Shown here in pieces: positions 63,853 through 64,000 of a DNA stretch of 64,000 nt. Where the stretch lies: positions 1 to 64,000 of the IMG/VR virus record IMGVR_UViG_3300022700_000208; one strand, 5' to 3'. The notes beneath the pieces are model-generated. The model saw only the letters and a program-made list of their open reading frames with translations. It was not told the origin of the DNA and ran no database searches. The translations under genes were made by a program, and so were the position numbers. This stretch comes from a virus. Every line of letters begins with the position of its first letter. The stretch's first letter is position 1.

Positions 63853-64000
63853 ATGTCTCAGTTTTTTATCAATACAGACATTGATACAGAAAAAAGATAT
63901 GATCCAGCCAAGTTCATGAGGTTTGAGTTTAATGCGTATGATCCTCTTTCCTCAAATTTGTTTTTAGTTATAAAGAGTGTTCAGAAGAATGGAGAAATTG
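63853..64000 (+). CDS. putative baseplate protein (gp53-like), truncated by the window
   Basis: MSQFFINTDIDTEKRYDPAKF... Confidence 0.5.
   Translation, partial: MSQFFINTDIDTEKRYDPAKFMRFEFNAYDPLSSNLFLVIKSVQKNGEI

Noticed and set aside
1-64000. Stop-codon reassignment
   Set aside because: Genes are intact and densely packed in code 11, all three stops are used, and there is no suppressor tRNA

Overview
64 kb segment of a large lytic myovirus with a T4-like head/tail module. No integrase is seen. Two regulators suggest a Bdellovibrionota-like host (inference only). Positions 1-13.5 kb are a leftward replication/recombination block: intein-containing RecA, gp32-like SSB, HIRAN protein, SF2 helicase, XRE HTH, DUF932, PAPS-reductase family, and a hammerhead ribozyme. 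A 1.4 kb non-coding divergence region with repeats and hairpins follows (possible origin). Then come two tRNA operons (4 + 7 tRNAs), SbcD/SbcC, and a rightward late region: TerS, TerL with a class-3-type intein, portal, AAA ATPase with intein, prohead protease/scaffold, major capsid, neck, sheath, tubes, tape measure and baseplate. Main finding: each tRNA operon is preceded by a complete leader-peptide transcription attenuator (leader ORF, protector, antiterminator, terminator). The control codons of each leader match the tRNAs of its own operon: T/W/E/G for Glu-Gly-Trp-Thr, and I/M/F/N/D/R for CAT-Ile-Asn-CAT-Arg-Phe-Asp. This would let the phage transcribe replacement tRNAs only when the matching host tRNAs fail. 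Second finding: more than 20 unrelated late ORFs share an N-terminal M-S-K-A-x-x-L leader, a probable capsid-targeting signal. All product calls come from motif recognition by eye; no database search was run.
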